Below, piece after piece: positions 55,307 to 64,000 of a stretch of DNA of 64,000 bases. Both the position numbers and the translations under genes were made by a program. Origin of the DNA: a virus; IMG/VR virus record IMGVR_UViG_3300034103_000446, positions 1-64,000 of that record. One strand, 5' to 3'. Under the pieces are notes generated by a model. That model had not been told where the DNA came from. It saw nothing but the letters and a program-made list of their open reading frames with translations, and ran no database searches. Position 1 is the stretch's first letter. The number at the start of each line of letters is the position of its first letter.

Positions 55307-56259
55307 TACCATCCTTCAATTTTTCGAATTACTTCCATCTCGGTGACTAGAGGGCCTTGATTGTGATAATCAGATTGATAGTGACGTTTGAAGAACTTAC
55401 TTTGTTCAGGGCTTAATGTACACATAGGCAATCCTAATTTAGCATACAATGCTTCGCCAATCAACTCTGATTGTTTCATCGGATCTTTTAATTCATGTTC
55501 TTCCCATAACACTGGATAGTTATCAAACCATTGCACATTATGACAATCCCATTCAGTTAGCATCGTCATGTATGTTCCAAGACGAGCGCCATAGATAGCC
55601 CAGATACCGTTCTCAACATCTGCACCGACGTTCTGCCAAATAGTTAAGTTATTTAGATTGCGACTTGCAACCCGTTCTTTGAACTCAGTAGCATCCGGCT
55701 TCTCACCCTTGTCAAGAACCATCTTGACCCCTTCACGAAACCCTGCACGCCATGCTTGAAATGGTGTATGATTGGGATAGGTTGTGCTGTAGCAGTCATA
55801 CATCGCCCAGTACAAGTTGTCTTTACTATCTAAGCAGAAGTCAGCAATGCGTGAACTATCACCGTCTTTCTGTGCTTCATGCGTTTTCATGTTAGCAACA
55901 TAAGTCTTTGTCCAAGAACTCATACCACCATTACCATAACGCAACCCATTAATAGCATTGACTGCTTTCCAGCGAAATTGTGCTTTATAGTATGATGGAT
56001 CTCGGCCCGTGAAGTCAAGTTGCATATTGAAGAACGATTCGTCGGGCATGTTGTCCCCGTCAATCAATATGAATCGCTCAGTGTCGCTAGCGGCGCCGGC
56101 AGCTTTGTGGGCAGCATCAGAGCCTTTGACCCCGTCTACACGCTTGGCCCAAGGGACCATGTTCTTAATCTTTAGCCAGAATTCTTCTTTTTGTGGCTCG
56201 TCATAGCTTAGGTAGATGCAGTCCAAATCTGCTACATCAACAATATCATTTAAGCTCAT
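55306..56259 (-). CDS. GT-A-fold putative glycosyltransferase
   Basis: DCIYLSYDE, AAHKAA, FILIDGD (DxD), YGNGG and AWRAGFREGVKM. Confidence 0.65.
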   Translation of the reverse strand: MSLNDIVDVADLDCIYLSYDEPQKEEFWLKIKNMVPWAKRVDGVKGSDAAHKAAGAASDTERFILIDGDNMPDESFFNMQLDFTGRDPSYYKAQFRWKAVNAINGLRYGNGGMSSWTKTYVANMKTHEAQKDGDSSRIADFCLDSKDNLYWAMYDCYSTTYPNHTPFQAWRAGFREGVKMVLDKGEKPDATEFKERVASRNLNNLTIWQNVGADVENGIWAIYGARLGTYMTMLTEWDCHNVQWFDNYPVLWEEHELKDPMKQSELIGEALYAKLGLPMCTLSPEQSKFFKRHYQSDYHNQGPLVTEMEVIRKIEGW

Positions 56260-56596
56260 AAGTGTTTAGTTTCCATCTAATAATGTTATCACCTTCTGAC
56301 GAAACTAAACTAATATCTTCTGCTTCACATATCTGACCTTGAGTGATATGAGGCATGAGTTTAGAAACAATTGCATGGTTACTGGCAGTAGAAATTTTAC
56401 CGTTAATGATTCGAATATCAGGGCGTGCCTGTGCAAAAGTAATAGCGTCAACTATCAGATAAGTACCTTCGGGTTTCTCGCAAGTATAGCAAGTGACTCG
56501 ACCAGTATCTTCATCATAATATAGACGAAACTCCGGAACTTCAATCTTGGGTGCTTCCCAAAGAATTAGTACTTCATCTTGTGTAGTTTCAGTCAT
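56246..56596 (-). CDS. Hypothetical phage protein
   Basis: 116 aa, overlapping both neighbouring GT genes. Confidence 0.6.
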   Translation of the reverse strand: MTETTQDEVLILWEAPKIEVPEFRLYYDEDTGRVTCYTCEKPEGTYLIVDAITFAQARPDIRIINGKISTASNHAIVSKLMPHITQGQICEAEDISLVSSEGDNIIRWKLNTYELK

Positions 56597-57392
56597 AGGC
56601 TTTTAGTATTTTATTAGAAAATGTCTTCACATGATAGTGAAAAGGGTAAAGCTGGGGGCAAGAATTAATTCTCAATGTGTGAGGTAATATTTCATACACT
56701 AATGCATCAGTCCAATCTTCAGTGGGAAGATTGTTAATCAACCGTTTCATATGAACCATGCTCATTTCATCAAAGTTAGGCAATGTGCAATTTTCTACTC
56801 CCATAACATGTGTAGCATATGCGTATACCCAATCAGTAGTTGCCTCTTCATATGGGCTGCATTTGAGTGTGGACCTAAACTCAGACCAATTCTCAAACAC
56901 ATACCGAACTGTTTCAAAGAACTTCTTAGCAGTCTCTGACTTCTTAAAATATGTAATTGCGTTGTACGTATCGGGTAACTTGTTATCATCAATGAATCTA
57001 CGATAGACCCGTGATGGACTTATCTCTTGTTTGAAATCTCTAATCTTAGTTGAGATTACCAAATCACGATGCTTCAACGCATCCCACCAATAGTCGATTG
57101 ATCTAGGAAGATATATGTCTGCTTCTAGTTTTATAGTGTACTCATATGGGCTAGCGTCATATACTTGCCAATCATTGTTCAACTTCCAAAAGCTTTTAGG
57201 TGATTGATCTCCGTAAGGCAAGGGTATGATTTTATCATAGAGTGCAGTGTTTTTAATCTTATTGTTCGTGATGATTGACACTTTAGCATCAGGCATTGTG
57301 CGTTTTATGCTCTTTGCTAATGCTTCTGCGCATTTCTGATAAGTGTCTAATGTGCCACCATCTTGTGCAACGATAACGAAACCTTTATCCAT
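56589..57392 (-). CDS. GT-A (GT8-like) putative glycosyltransferase
   Basis: ALAKSIK, YDASPYEYTIKLEAD (ExD), TDWVYA and HMK. Confidence 0.65.
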   Translation of the reverse strand: MDKGFVIVAQDGGTLDTYQKCAEALAKSIKRTMPDAKVSIITNNKIKNTALYDKIIPLPYGDQSPKSFWKLNNDWQVYDASPYEYTIKLEADIYLPRSIDYWWDALKHRDLVISTKIRDFKQEISPSRVYRRFIDDNKLPDTYNAITYFKKSETAKKFFETVRYVFENWSEFRSTLKCSPYEEATTDWVYAYATHVMGVENCTLPNFDEMSMVHMKRLINNLPTEDWTDALVYEILPHTLRINSCPQLYPFHYHVKTFSNKILKAYD

Positions 57393-58194
57393 TTTTTATT
57401 AACTCCAAAAAGTTTTCTTTGTTCATCACATGGAAGTCAGTGTCTTTGATATTGATATACTCTTTGCGAATTTTACCACGCTGCCAGTTGTCAAACATAA
57501 CAGTGTATTCAGTATTGAATTCTGTTTCTTTATCGGCATACACTGATGTGTTCTTACCAACATGAAGTAGGTTCCATGGGATAATATCTGACTCATGGTT
57601 CACATGTCCGTTGGCTATACGTAATGCTAATGTCAATGCGTAGTCATTTCTATATACACCTGCGATAAAGCTATGAATGTTTGCATAGTGTTCATAGTTC
57701 TTTTGAACCATTTCTAAACATTCAAATATCTGCTTTGCTCGGTTTGTTTTTCTAAATGTGATTACAGTGGCCCACAATGTATTGAAGCTATAAGCACTTA
57801 ATACTTCTTGCGGGGCTTTTGGATGCATCAAGAATGATGTAGTATCGTGACAGCAGAAGTCTTCACAAATATCAAAGGTACTTAATAACCTATTGCTATT
57901 AACCACATAGTCAGTGTCTAATAGCAATGTTTCATCATACGGACTTAAGTCATATGCTTGATATCTACCTTTGTTAATCCACACTACATAGTCTCGAATG
58001 TTGTTCTTGTCTGGTTCTACAACAATCGTATTGTCAAACATGTAGGTGGAATTCTTTGGTATGCTGGATTCATCAGTAACTATTGTTACTGGAAGTCCCA
58101 AAAAATGATTTATTCTCTTTGCAGTGTACTCCGCCATAGCGTAGTAATTGTATTTGGGTGAGTTAAACGCAAAGAGTAGTGCGCCTCTATTCAT
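57385..58194 (-). CDS. GT-A (GT8-like) putative glycosyltransferase
   Basis: YDLSPYDETLLLDTDY (DxD), RNDYALT and HVMNK; paralog of the previous gene. Confidence 0.7.
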   Translation of the reverse strand: MNRGALLFAFNSPKYNYYAMAEYTAKRINHFLGLPVTIVTDESSIPKNSTYMFDNTIVVEPDKNNIRDYVVWINKGRYQAYDLSPYDETLLLDTDYVVNSNRLLSTFDICEDFCCHDTTSFLMHPKAPQEVLSAYSFNTLWATVITFRKTNRAKQIFECLEMVQKNYEHYANIHSFIAGVYRNDYALTLALRIANGHVNHESDIIPWNLLHVGKNTSVYADKETEFNTEYTVMFDNWQRGKIRKEYINIKDTDFHVMNKENFLELIKNG

Positions 58195-58496
58195 CGTTTT
58201 TTCTCTAACTCTGCCCATTCATTTAGCCACTCACGCATTACAGATTCGTAAGTTTCATTAAGTTTAGCTAAAAGTTCTGTACGATTTACCTCAACTGGAT
58301 TTTCAAAACTGTCAACTAAGATGACAGTTTCTGATTGAGAATTGTTTAAAAAATTGATTGTTTGGAGATTTGCTCTCCAAAGCCCGCCTTGCTCTGCAAC
58401 AATTAAGCGTGTTTCATACTTTTCTTTTAGATATGATTTGGCAGCGTTGTGGCTAAAGCGGGCTTTAGCATCGCTAATTAAAGTTTTTGTGTCCAT
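58191..58496 (-). CDS. Hypothetical protein (possible tail assembly factor)
   Basis: 101 aa between the fibre genes and the GT genes; SD aggag. Confidence 0.55.
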   Translation of the reverse strand: MDTKTLISDAKARFSHNAAKSYLKEKYETRLIVAEQGGLWRANLQTINFLNNSQSETVILVDSFENPVEVNRTELLAKLNETYESVMREWLNEWAELEKKR

Positions 58497-58544
58497 AGAT
58501 CACTCCTAAGAGTATTTAGATAAACACAAGCACTCGCTTAAAAA

Positions 58545-59495
58545 TTATGATCCAGATACAGTTCCGGATAAAGTAATTGCACCCCAAGTATTAGATATGT
58601 GTGTTGTTGCGGGAGGTCTAACGGTCAAGGTAGTTGCTGAGTTAGCTGCTGCTGTCAATCCATCCGGTACTTCATCCCAAATAGTATAGACAGTGATGAC
58701 AGATCCTGCATCACCGTTTGAGCCTTGTGTGCCGTTACTTTTTACAATCACACGAATGAATGTACTTAAATAACCACTAGGTCCGGTTGATGCAGTTTGT
58801 GTAAATGCCGTAACGTTTGATGCAGTCAATGCATAATATCCGCTATTCGTACTAATTGTGGGTGCATTTCCGCCACCGCCTACTTTAGTGATTCCGTTGT
58901 ATGATGTGCCTGCTACAGTTATTGCACCTGATGTTGGGCTGCTTAATACTACAGTGCCAACGTTGCTTGCTAGGTTATTTAACAACAAGTTAATACCAGT
59001 ACCACTAGGATGTGCGCAGGTAATTGCTAGTTGGCCGCCTGAATTAAAGAAATAACGTGCAGCGTCACCGTTTGCAAAAGTAGCAGTGTGAGTAAATGTT
59101 ATTGCCGAACTCCATGTACTGGCATATGTTGCGGTGTTAGCAGTGGTTGAACCCTGTGCTGCCGCATTTAACCTACTAGTGTATATAGTAGTTAGGTTAG
59201 TTGGAATAGCAGACAAGAACGTAACTGTTCCGCCGGCTGATGGTGCTGTAACGCTTGTAATGCTAGTACCCTGATGTGATGCTGAATTTGAAGTTCTATT
59301 AACCAAATTTGCCCAATCAGTAGCGGCTACTGTTCCGCCCACTGACACATTGGCAACTGCTGTTTGACCATATCCTGCGTTTGTACCACCAGTTGCCCAA
59401 ACAGTATTAAGTTTACCGCTTGAAGTTACAGGGTTACCACCAACAAGATTGTTGAAGTCTGTGGCTTCAATTAAACCATATTGTGCGTAACTCAT
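58545..59495 (-). CDS. Virion structural / tail-fibre-like protein
   Basis: T/S/G/A-rich; GYGQT and ARYFFNSGG motifs; follows a fibre gene. Confidence 0.65.
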   Translation of the reverse strand: MSYAQYGLIEATDFNNLVGGNPVTSSGKLNTVWATGGTNAGYGQTAVANVSVGGTVAATDWANLVNRTSNSASHQGTSITSVTAPSAGGTVTFLSAIPTNLTTIYTSRLNAAAQGSTTANTATYASTWSSAITFTHTATFANGDAARYFFNSGGQLAITCAHPSGTGINLLLNNLASNVGTVVLSSPTSGAITVAGTSYNGITKVGGGGNAPTISTNSGYYALTASNVTAFTQTASTGPSGYLSTFIRVIVKSNGTQGSNGDAGSVITVYTIWDEVPDGLTAAANSATTLTVRPPATTHISNTWGAITLSGTVSGS

Positions 59496-59504
59496 CTTTT
59501 ATCC

Positions 59505-60722
59505 TTATTTTATAATTACAATGGCTTCAACTGTGCCAACGCCAGTTGTAGTCTTGTGTTCTAGTGCTCTTCCGATTGTGTTAAATGCATTTGCTTCGCC
59601 TTCTTCGGCAGCTCTTGCAATACCATTACCTGCACTTACCAATCGTTGATGTTTATTAACTACACCAGTGACCTTTACCTTAACACGCCCGCTCATAGCG
59701 ACCGGTGGGTGAGTTTGATCGTTACCTGCACCAGCGTTCATTAAATAACCAGCTGTATCAGAAATGACTCCAAATACATCTTCACTTAATTCATACTGAA
59801 CCGCAGTAATTTCTTGTTCGCCGCCTAATTCAACTACTGTACCAGCATCATATATGTCATCCGCAGCAAATCTTTCGGCCAAGTCAGCGTATGTAGCGTT
59901 TAGTCTTGAACCAGCACTTAACGTCCAGTTACCTGTCATTGTTCCTGCAGTAGTGTTTGCACCAGTAGTTAACACTGTAGCTTGCGTTTGAACGGTTAAA
60001 ACGTTACCGTTGTACGTAGGTAGATAACTAGCTACGTTACTGTTACTATATGTACCAGCAAAAGAGATAGGATCACCGTTTGCATACATGTATTTGTCAG
60101 TTCTGACACCGTATAAGTTTGCACCTGCTGAATTTCCTATAAACAAATTACCATTTGTCAATATAATTGCGTTGCCGGACAATCCACCATTTGTTGTCCA
60201 TGTACCAGTCAAGCTACCTGCAGTAGTATTTGCTCCGGTCGTAATAGTTGTTGTAGTGAGTGTTCCAATCGTAGCACTAGTTATGTTAGCATCTGCAATA
60301 TTGGCATTTGCTGACACTGTAATATAATTAAATGACGCTGCATTACCAGTAACGTTATTGGTTGCAGACAAGTTATTTGCTTGCACGTTTCCAGTAACTG
60401 TCACTGCACCAAAAGTAGTGGTACCGCCCGAGCTAGTAGATGTTAGTGCTAACCAAGCTAATGCGTTTGCTTCACCGTCTGTAGGACAGACATAAAGTGT
60501 GCTGTTGTTCGTGTTGTACCAAAGCTGACCACGTATAGGGTTAGCCGGAGGGGTTGTATCGGCAAAATTCTCTAGTTGATGGACGAAGTTGGTATCTAGG
60601 GTTTGACCGTAACCAGCGTAGTTTCTGCCGGGAAGCCCGATACTTGTGCTGGTAGTATTAATCGTACCGTCTGGTACGGTAGTTAAAACTGTTCCATCAC
60701 TTTTAACAATTGTATATGCCAT
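59505..60722 (-). CDS. Tail fibre-like protein with C-terminal intramolecular-chaperone-like domain
   Basis: N-terminal GRNYAGYG...LENFA...GQLWY; beta-rich T/N/G repeats; C-terminal YADLAERF...GTVV..GG...GVIS...GRVKVKV. Confidence 0.75.
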   Translation of the reverse strand: MAYTIVKSDGTVLTTVPDGTINTTSTSIGLPGRNYAGYGQTLDTNFVHQLENFADTTPPANPIRGQLWYNTNNSTLYVCPTDGEANALAWLALTSTSSGGTTTFGAVTVTGNVQANNLSATNNVTGNAASFNYITVSANANIADANITSATIGTLTTTTITTGANTTAGSLTGTWTTNGGLSGNAIILTNGNLFIGNSAGANLYGVRTDKYMYANGDPISFAGTYSNSNVASYLPTYNGNVLTVQTQATVLTTGANTTAGTMTGNWTLSAGSRLNATYADLAERFAADDIYDAGTVVELGGEQEITAVQYELSEDVFGVISDTAGYLMNAGAGNDQTHPPVAMSGRVKVKVTGVVNKHQRLVSAGNGIARAAEEGEANAFNTIGRALEHKTTTGVGTVEAIVIIK

Positions 60723-60746
60723 TTCAAATCACTCCGATATTCTTCT

Positions 60747-60753
60747 TATTTAT
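60747..60753 (-). promoter_or_regulatory. T4-like late promoter core (ATAAATA)
   Basis: ~25 nt upstream of the fibre gene ATG. Confidence 0.55.
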
Positions 60754-60754
60754 C

Positions 60755-61375
60755 TTAAATAGTTACTAAGTTAGTCAGGGCCTGAATCCTAACAGTGTAA
60801 TCTATCTGAATTTGTCTATTCAAAGACTTTTGTACGGGGTGAAAAATAACATGAGTTAAAAGTCTAGTTATAACATTCCCGTCGTTATCTGTTCCATAAT
60901 TGGCTAATAAGCCAAGTTCATCAAAAACGTACTCACCGTCGGTTTGAGTACTGTTATCAAATGCGTTTTGTCCTGCAGGTTCACCGTAATCTAACAAACA
61001 TTGTACTAAAATGTCAGTATAGACCTTACCGGTAGTATGAGAAACTGTCATTTTGTTACGTGTAGGATCTAAGTTAAAAACGCTAGTATCATCAACAATC
61101 TTAGTATAAGTTTGGTTATACAATGCTGCATTTTGACCAGTAGTATTAGGAGGCAAATAAGTGATAACTCCTGTTTCGTCTACGCTTGCACCACCGTTAC
61201 CAAATGCCATTTCGTAGATTTCTCCGTAACCTCGACTGCTTAATGTGTCAGCAATAGCTTCTGACATATTTTCATAGTTGATAGCGTTCTTTTTATCCAC
61301 TAAAACTTCCCCAGTATTAGGGTCATGGATTTTAAGAAAACCTTCAATCTGATATGTTATTTGTATTCCTGACAT
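60755..61375 (-). CDS. Virion structural protein (baseplate/tail-associated)
   Basis: AFGNGG, FDELGL and HPVQKSLNR.IQIDYTVRI motifs; structural neighbourhood. Confidence 0.65.
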   Translation of the reverse strand: MSGIQITYQIEGFLKIHDPNTGEVLVDKKNAINYENMSEAIADTLSSRGYGEIYEMAFGNGGASVDETGVITYLPPNTTGQNAALYNQTYTKIVDDTSVFNLDPTRNKMTVSHTTGKVYTDILVQCLLDYGEPAGQNAFDNSTQTDGEYVFDELGLLANYGTDNDGNVITRLLTHVIFHPVQKSLNRQIQIDYTVRIQALTNLVTI

Positions 61376-61527
61376 TAGTTATCGCCTCTTTTTTGTACTA
61401 AAACTTCTTTTGTGTTTGGGTCGAAAATTTTCACACTTGAGGAAAAGTAAAAGCCCCCATGCTCGTTAGGCTTGGTTTCGGGCTTTTTTTGTACTTTTTC
61501 CTGGATTGGCGTATGTTTTTCGCTCAT
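61375..61527 (-). CDS. 50-aa protein resembling the N-terminus of the downstream structural protein
   Basis: Not in the track: MSEKHTP...SSVKIFDPNTKEVLVQKRGDN; TAATG overlap; ATAAATA at 61532-61538. Confidence 0.6.
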   Translation of the reverse strand: MSEKHTPIQEKVQKKPETKPNEHGGFYFSSSVKIFDPNTKEVLVQKRGDN

Positions 61528-61541
61528 AATTTATTTATCAT

Positions 61542-64000
61542 TCAGTTTACATCACCTCGCAAGAATGTTGCTGATTCCGTCACTGATATTTGCAACGGAT
61601 CTCCGTCAACTGTATTATATACATCAGAGTTCCATGTTTCTTGATAGTCTGCTATTGACATTCGGTTGTTAGACAATAATCCATATACTTCACTGTATTG
61701 AGGTATAAAGAACTGGCCGCCCGTACCATTAGTGCCCCGTTGTAGACCAGAAATAGTATTGTTTGCTAAATCAACAGAACTGAACTTAATTTGTTCTCCG
61801 TTGATATACAATAGATTTCCTTCTAATACTGTTATTGTCAACTGATTTCCAACAGTAATATACGCACCAGATGTTATTTTTAAGACAGGAGACAAGTTAA
61901 CAATTACGACTTCATAGTTACTACCTGCAATAGTCTGACCTGTAGTAGCATTATAGACAGTTACGTTGGATATAAGTCTCTTATCCGCATCTAAACCTAT
62001 ATAGAAATATCCGTCGACTGCTGCAGGAACAGTTTCTGATTGGGTAACCACGTCAGTTAATCTAGTAACATCGTCTACATACATGACAGTATCAGTGTTG
62101 CTTAACGGTTCAGTTAACCAAGTTCTAGTTTGAGTATTTGCACGATATGCAACACCTGCTCCAGATTGGTTAACATTAATTAAAAACACTTCTTCATTTG
62201 GAGTTGCGCTTGGCATCATACTTGTAATAGTAACTTCATCCAATGTGCTGATAACTGTTAAAATGCTAATTTCATTGTTAGCATTTAATTTTAGTTCTGA
62301 GGATGGGACACGATAGCCATTTACTGTTACCCATAGTCTATCAACATTATCCTGTTCCCATTGAGTTACAAACATAGATCCAGTGTCAGTAGATAACACT
62401 AGATCACTACCATTTCTAGTTGCACTGATGGAGAACTCAGTCGCACTTATTAGTTCTTTAACGTAATAAGTAGTATCGGCTGCTACTCCACCATACACGG
62501 TTCCAGTAAAGACTATCGGGGTACCTATAATTAACGGAACAGTACTTGATACTGTTAGGTAATTACCTAGAATTGGATCATTCGTAGTAGCAGTAACTTC
62601 TAGAGTCTCAATCACATAAGAATTATTTTCCCAAATATATCCACCGCTTACATAGGATGATATTGCGGTTACTGGAGAGTTAACCGCAGTTAGTCCTGAA
62701 CTATATGGTTGATCTAAGTACAAGTCAACTTGTATAGAGTTAATTACATGAACATAATAAGTATTGTTGTTTAATTGAACAGAACCCAATGTTCCGTCAA
62801 TTCTTACTAGATCGCCAGATGTTAGGTTGTGCGCGGTACCAGTAGTAACTCGAACTGCTTGTTGCCCACCAACATATGCTACAATTAATCCAGTGCCAGT
62901 AGACAAGTCAATTATCGTTCCGTTTTCATCTTGAATAGTGAACGTAGTAGGAGAAAGAACAGCACGAACGTAATATACTGTGCCATCAATTTCTATGTCA
63001 CCAAAACTAGTTGCTCCCTTAAACTGAATAGTTTGTCCTGGAACAAATCCGGTAGTTGAAACGCAAGTTATTACCTCTGTTGTACCATTTGAAGCTGTAC
63101 AATTAGTTATAGCTGAAAACGGAACTATCGAGTTGTTTATATCAATTATGTTAGCAACAGTTACTCCGGTTATGCCGTATTGAGTATTTAGGTACTGTCG
63201 TTCAGTATTGTTAAAGGTTGTCACTGCTATTGTATCACCTGACGTAGGTGCAGATGTGAATGTAATTTCATTGGTGTTGTCATCAATAGTATAATCAGTG
63301 GTATTAATCAAACGTAGACCGTTAACTTCTACGATAGCATTATTAGAATTGTCATCACCTACATAATTGTCTAATTCATACGTTGAACTACCGTCAGCTT
63401 CTATAACTTGAACTTCAGGTATAGTGTATCCATATTGCTGAGGAGTAGTTTCACCAAATAATGTATAGCTGATGTAATCAGTTGCATTGTCATAACTATT
63501 AGATGCAAATATGATAGATGCACTTATACCGTTATCTGCAATTCCAAATGCATAGTCATTAGTAATGAATTCTGCGCCACCTGTAGCATTAGTCAATGTT
63601 ATTACAGGGCCGCCGGATGTAGCTGCTACAGTAAACTCATTAGTATCAATGATTGATTGAACGTAGTATGTTGTTTGAGGTAACAATATGCCACCAAACA
63701 TGGTGTCACTGAACACAATACGTTCACCCACGACCATACCCCCAGTCGTGTTAGTTGTTACTGCATTGTTGCTAGCTTTTGTTCTAGTAACAGTGCTTGT
63801 TGTGCCGATCAATAGTTTATCACCATTGTGATAAATGATTGGTGCAGTCCATACTTCACCGTAACCAACTTTAATGATAACATTCATAGAACCAGTATCA
63901 TCAGTTAATGCTAGTGTAGGGCCTGCAGTGCCTGTTCCTACATTTATAGTAGTAGAAACAGTGATTCGATTAGTAACATAACTAATAGTCTTAACATAGT
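61542..64000 (-). CDS. Large virion structural protein (baseplate wedge/tail); 5' end lies beyond the window
   Basis: The frame stays open upstream of 63887 to the window edge; repeated TYYV..I...T.FT...G modules; T/S/N-rich. Confidence 0.75.
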   Translation of the reverse strand, partial: YVKTISYVTNRITVSTTINVGTGTAGPTLALTDDTGSMNVIIKVGYGEVWTAPIIYHNGDKLLIGTTSTVTRTKASNNAVTTNTTGGMVVGERIVFSDTMFGGILLPQTTYYVQSIIDTNEFTVAATSGGPVITLTNATGGAEFITNDYAFGIADNGISASIIFASNSYDNATDYISYTLFGETTPQQYGYTIPEVQVIEADGSSTYELDNYVGDDNSNNAIVEVNGLRLINTTDYTIDDNTNEITFTSAPTSGDTIAVTTFNNTERQYLNTQYGITGVTVANIIDINNSIVPFSAITNCTASNGTTEVITCVSTTGFVPGQTIQFKGATSFGDIEIDGTVYYVRAVLSPTTFTIQDENGTIIDLSTGTGLIVAYVGGQQAVRVTTGTAHNLTSGDLVRIDGTLGSVQLNNNTYYVHVINSIQVDLYLDQPYSSGLTAVNSPVTAISSYVSGGYIWENNSYVIETLEVTATTNDPILGNYLTVSSTVPLIIGTPIVFTGTVYGGVAADTTYYVKELISATEFSISATRNGSDLVLSTDTGSMFVTQWEQDNVDRLWVTVNGYRVPSSELKLNANNEISILTVISTLDEVTITSMMPSATPNEEVFLINVNQSGAGVAYRANTQTRTWLTEPLSNTDTVMYVDDVTRLTDVVTQSETVPAAVDGYFYIGLDADKRLISNVTVYNATTGQTIAGSNYEVVIVNLSPVLKITSGAYITVGNQLTITVLEGNLLYINGEQIKFSSVDLANNTISGLQRGTNGTGGQFFIPQYSEVYGLLSNNRMSIADYQETWNSDVYNTVDGDPLQISVTESATFLRGDVN

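Noticed and set aside
20720-58194. Bacterial LPS or capsule locus rather than phage DNA
   Set aside because: No flippase, polymerase or ABC exporter is present. The region is contiguous with tail genes and T4-like late promoter cores.
2606-61672. Numerous plus-strand ORFs in the track (e.g. 12006..12653, 16935..17441, 22287..22835, 54267..54758)
   Set aside because: They lie antisense to well-supported minus-strand genes and have no recognisable motifs, so they are shadow ORFs.

Overview
This window is part of a large, probably T4-like/jumbo tailed-phage genome. Every credible gene is on the minus strand, so transcription runs from right to left. In transcription order it contains: (i) tail and baseplate structural genes (58.5-64 kb); (ii) a ~37 kb carbohydrate-tailoring supercluster (20.7-58.2 kb) with GT-A glycosyltransferases, 8 copies of a GT10-like domain, 6 radical SAM enzymes (2 B12-dependent), a carbamoyltransferase, an amidinotransferase, a PLP aminotransferase, nucleotide-sugar enzymes, 2 SGNH proteins and a 2717-aa protein of ~30 tandem repeats with an 804-bp higher-order period; (iii) a circularly permuted two-piece tmRNA with alphaproteobacterial signatures and the tag ANDEQFALAA; (iv) an AT-rich cassette with a subtilase carrying a Cys-rich tail, three 2OG-Fe(II) oxygenases and a PP-loop ATPase; (v) a Gram-negative porin; (vi) an early region with six sigma70 promoters and a MoxR AAA/VWA pair; (vii) folA/thyA, further sugar genes, a seventh radical SAM, spanins and virion proteins. 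T4-type late promoter cores (ATAAATA) precede many units. All calls come from reading motifs by eye; no database searches were run.
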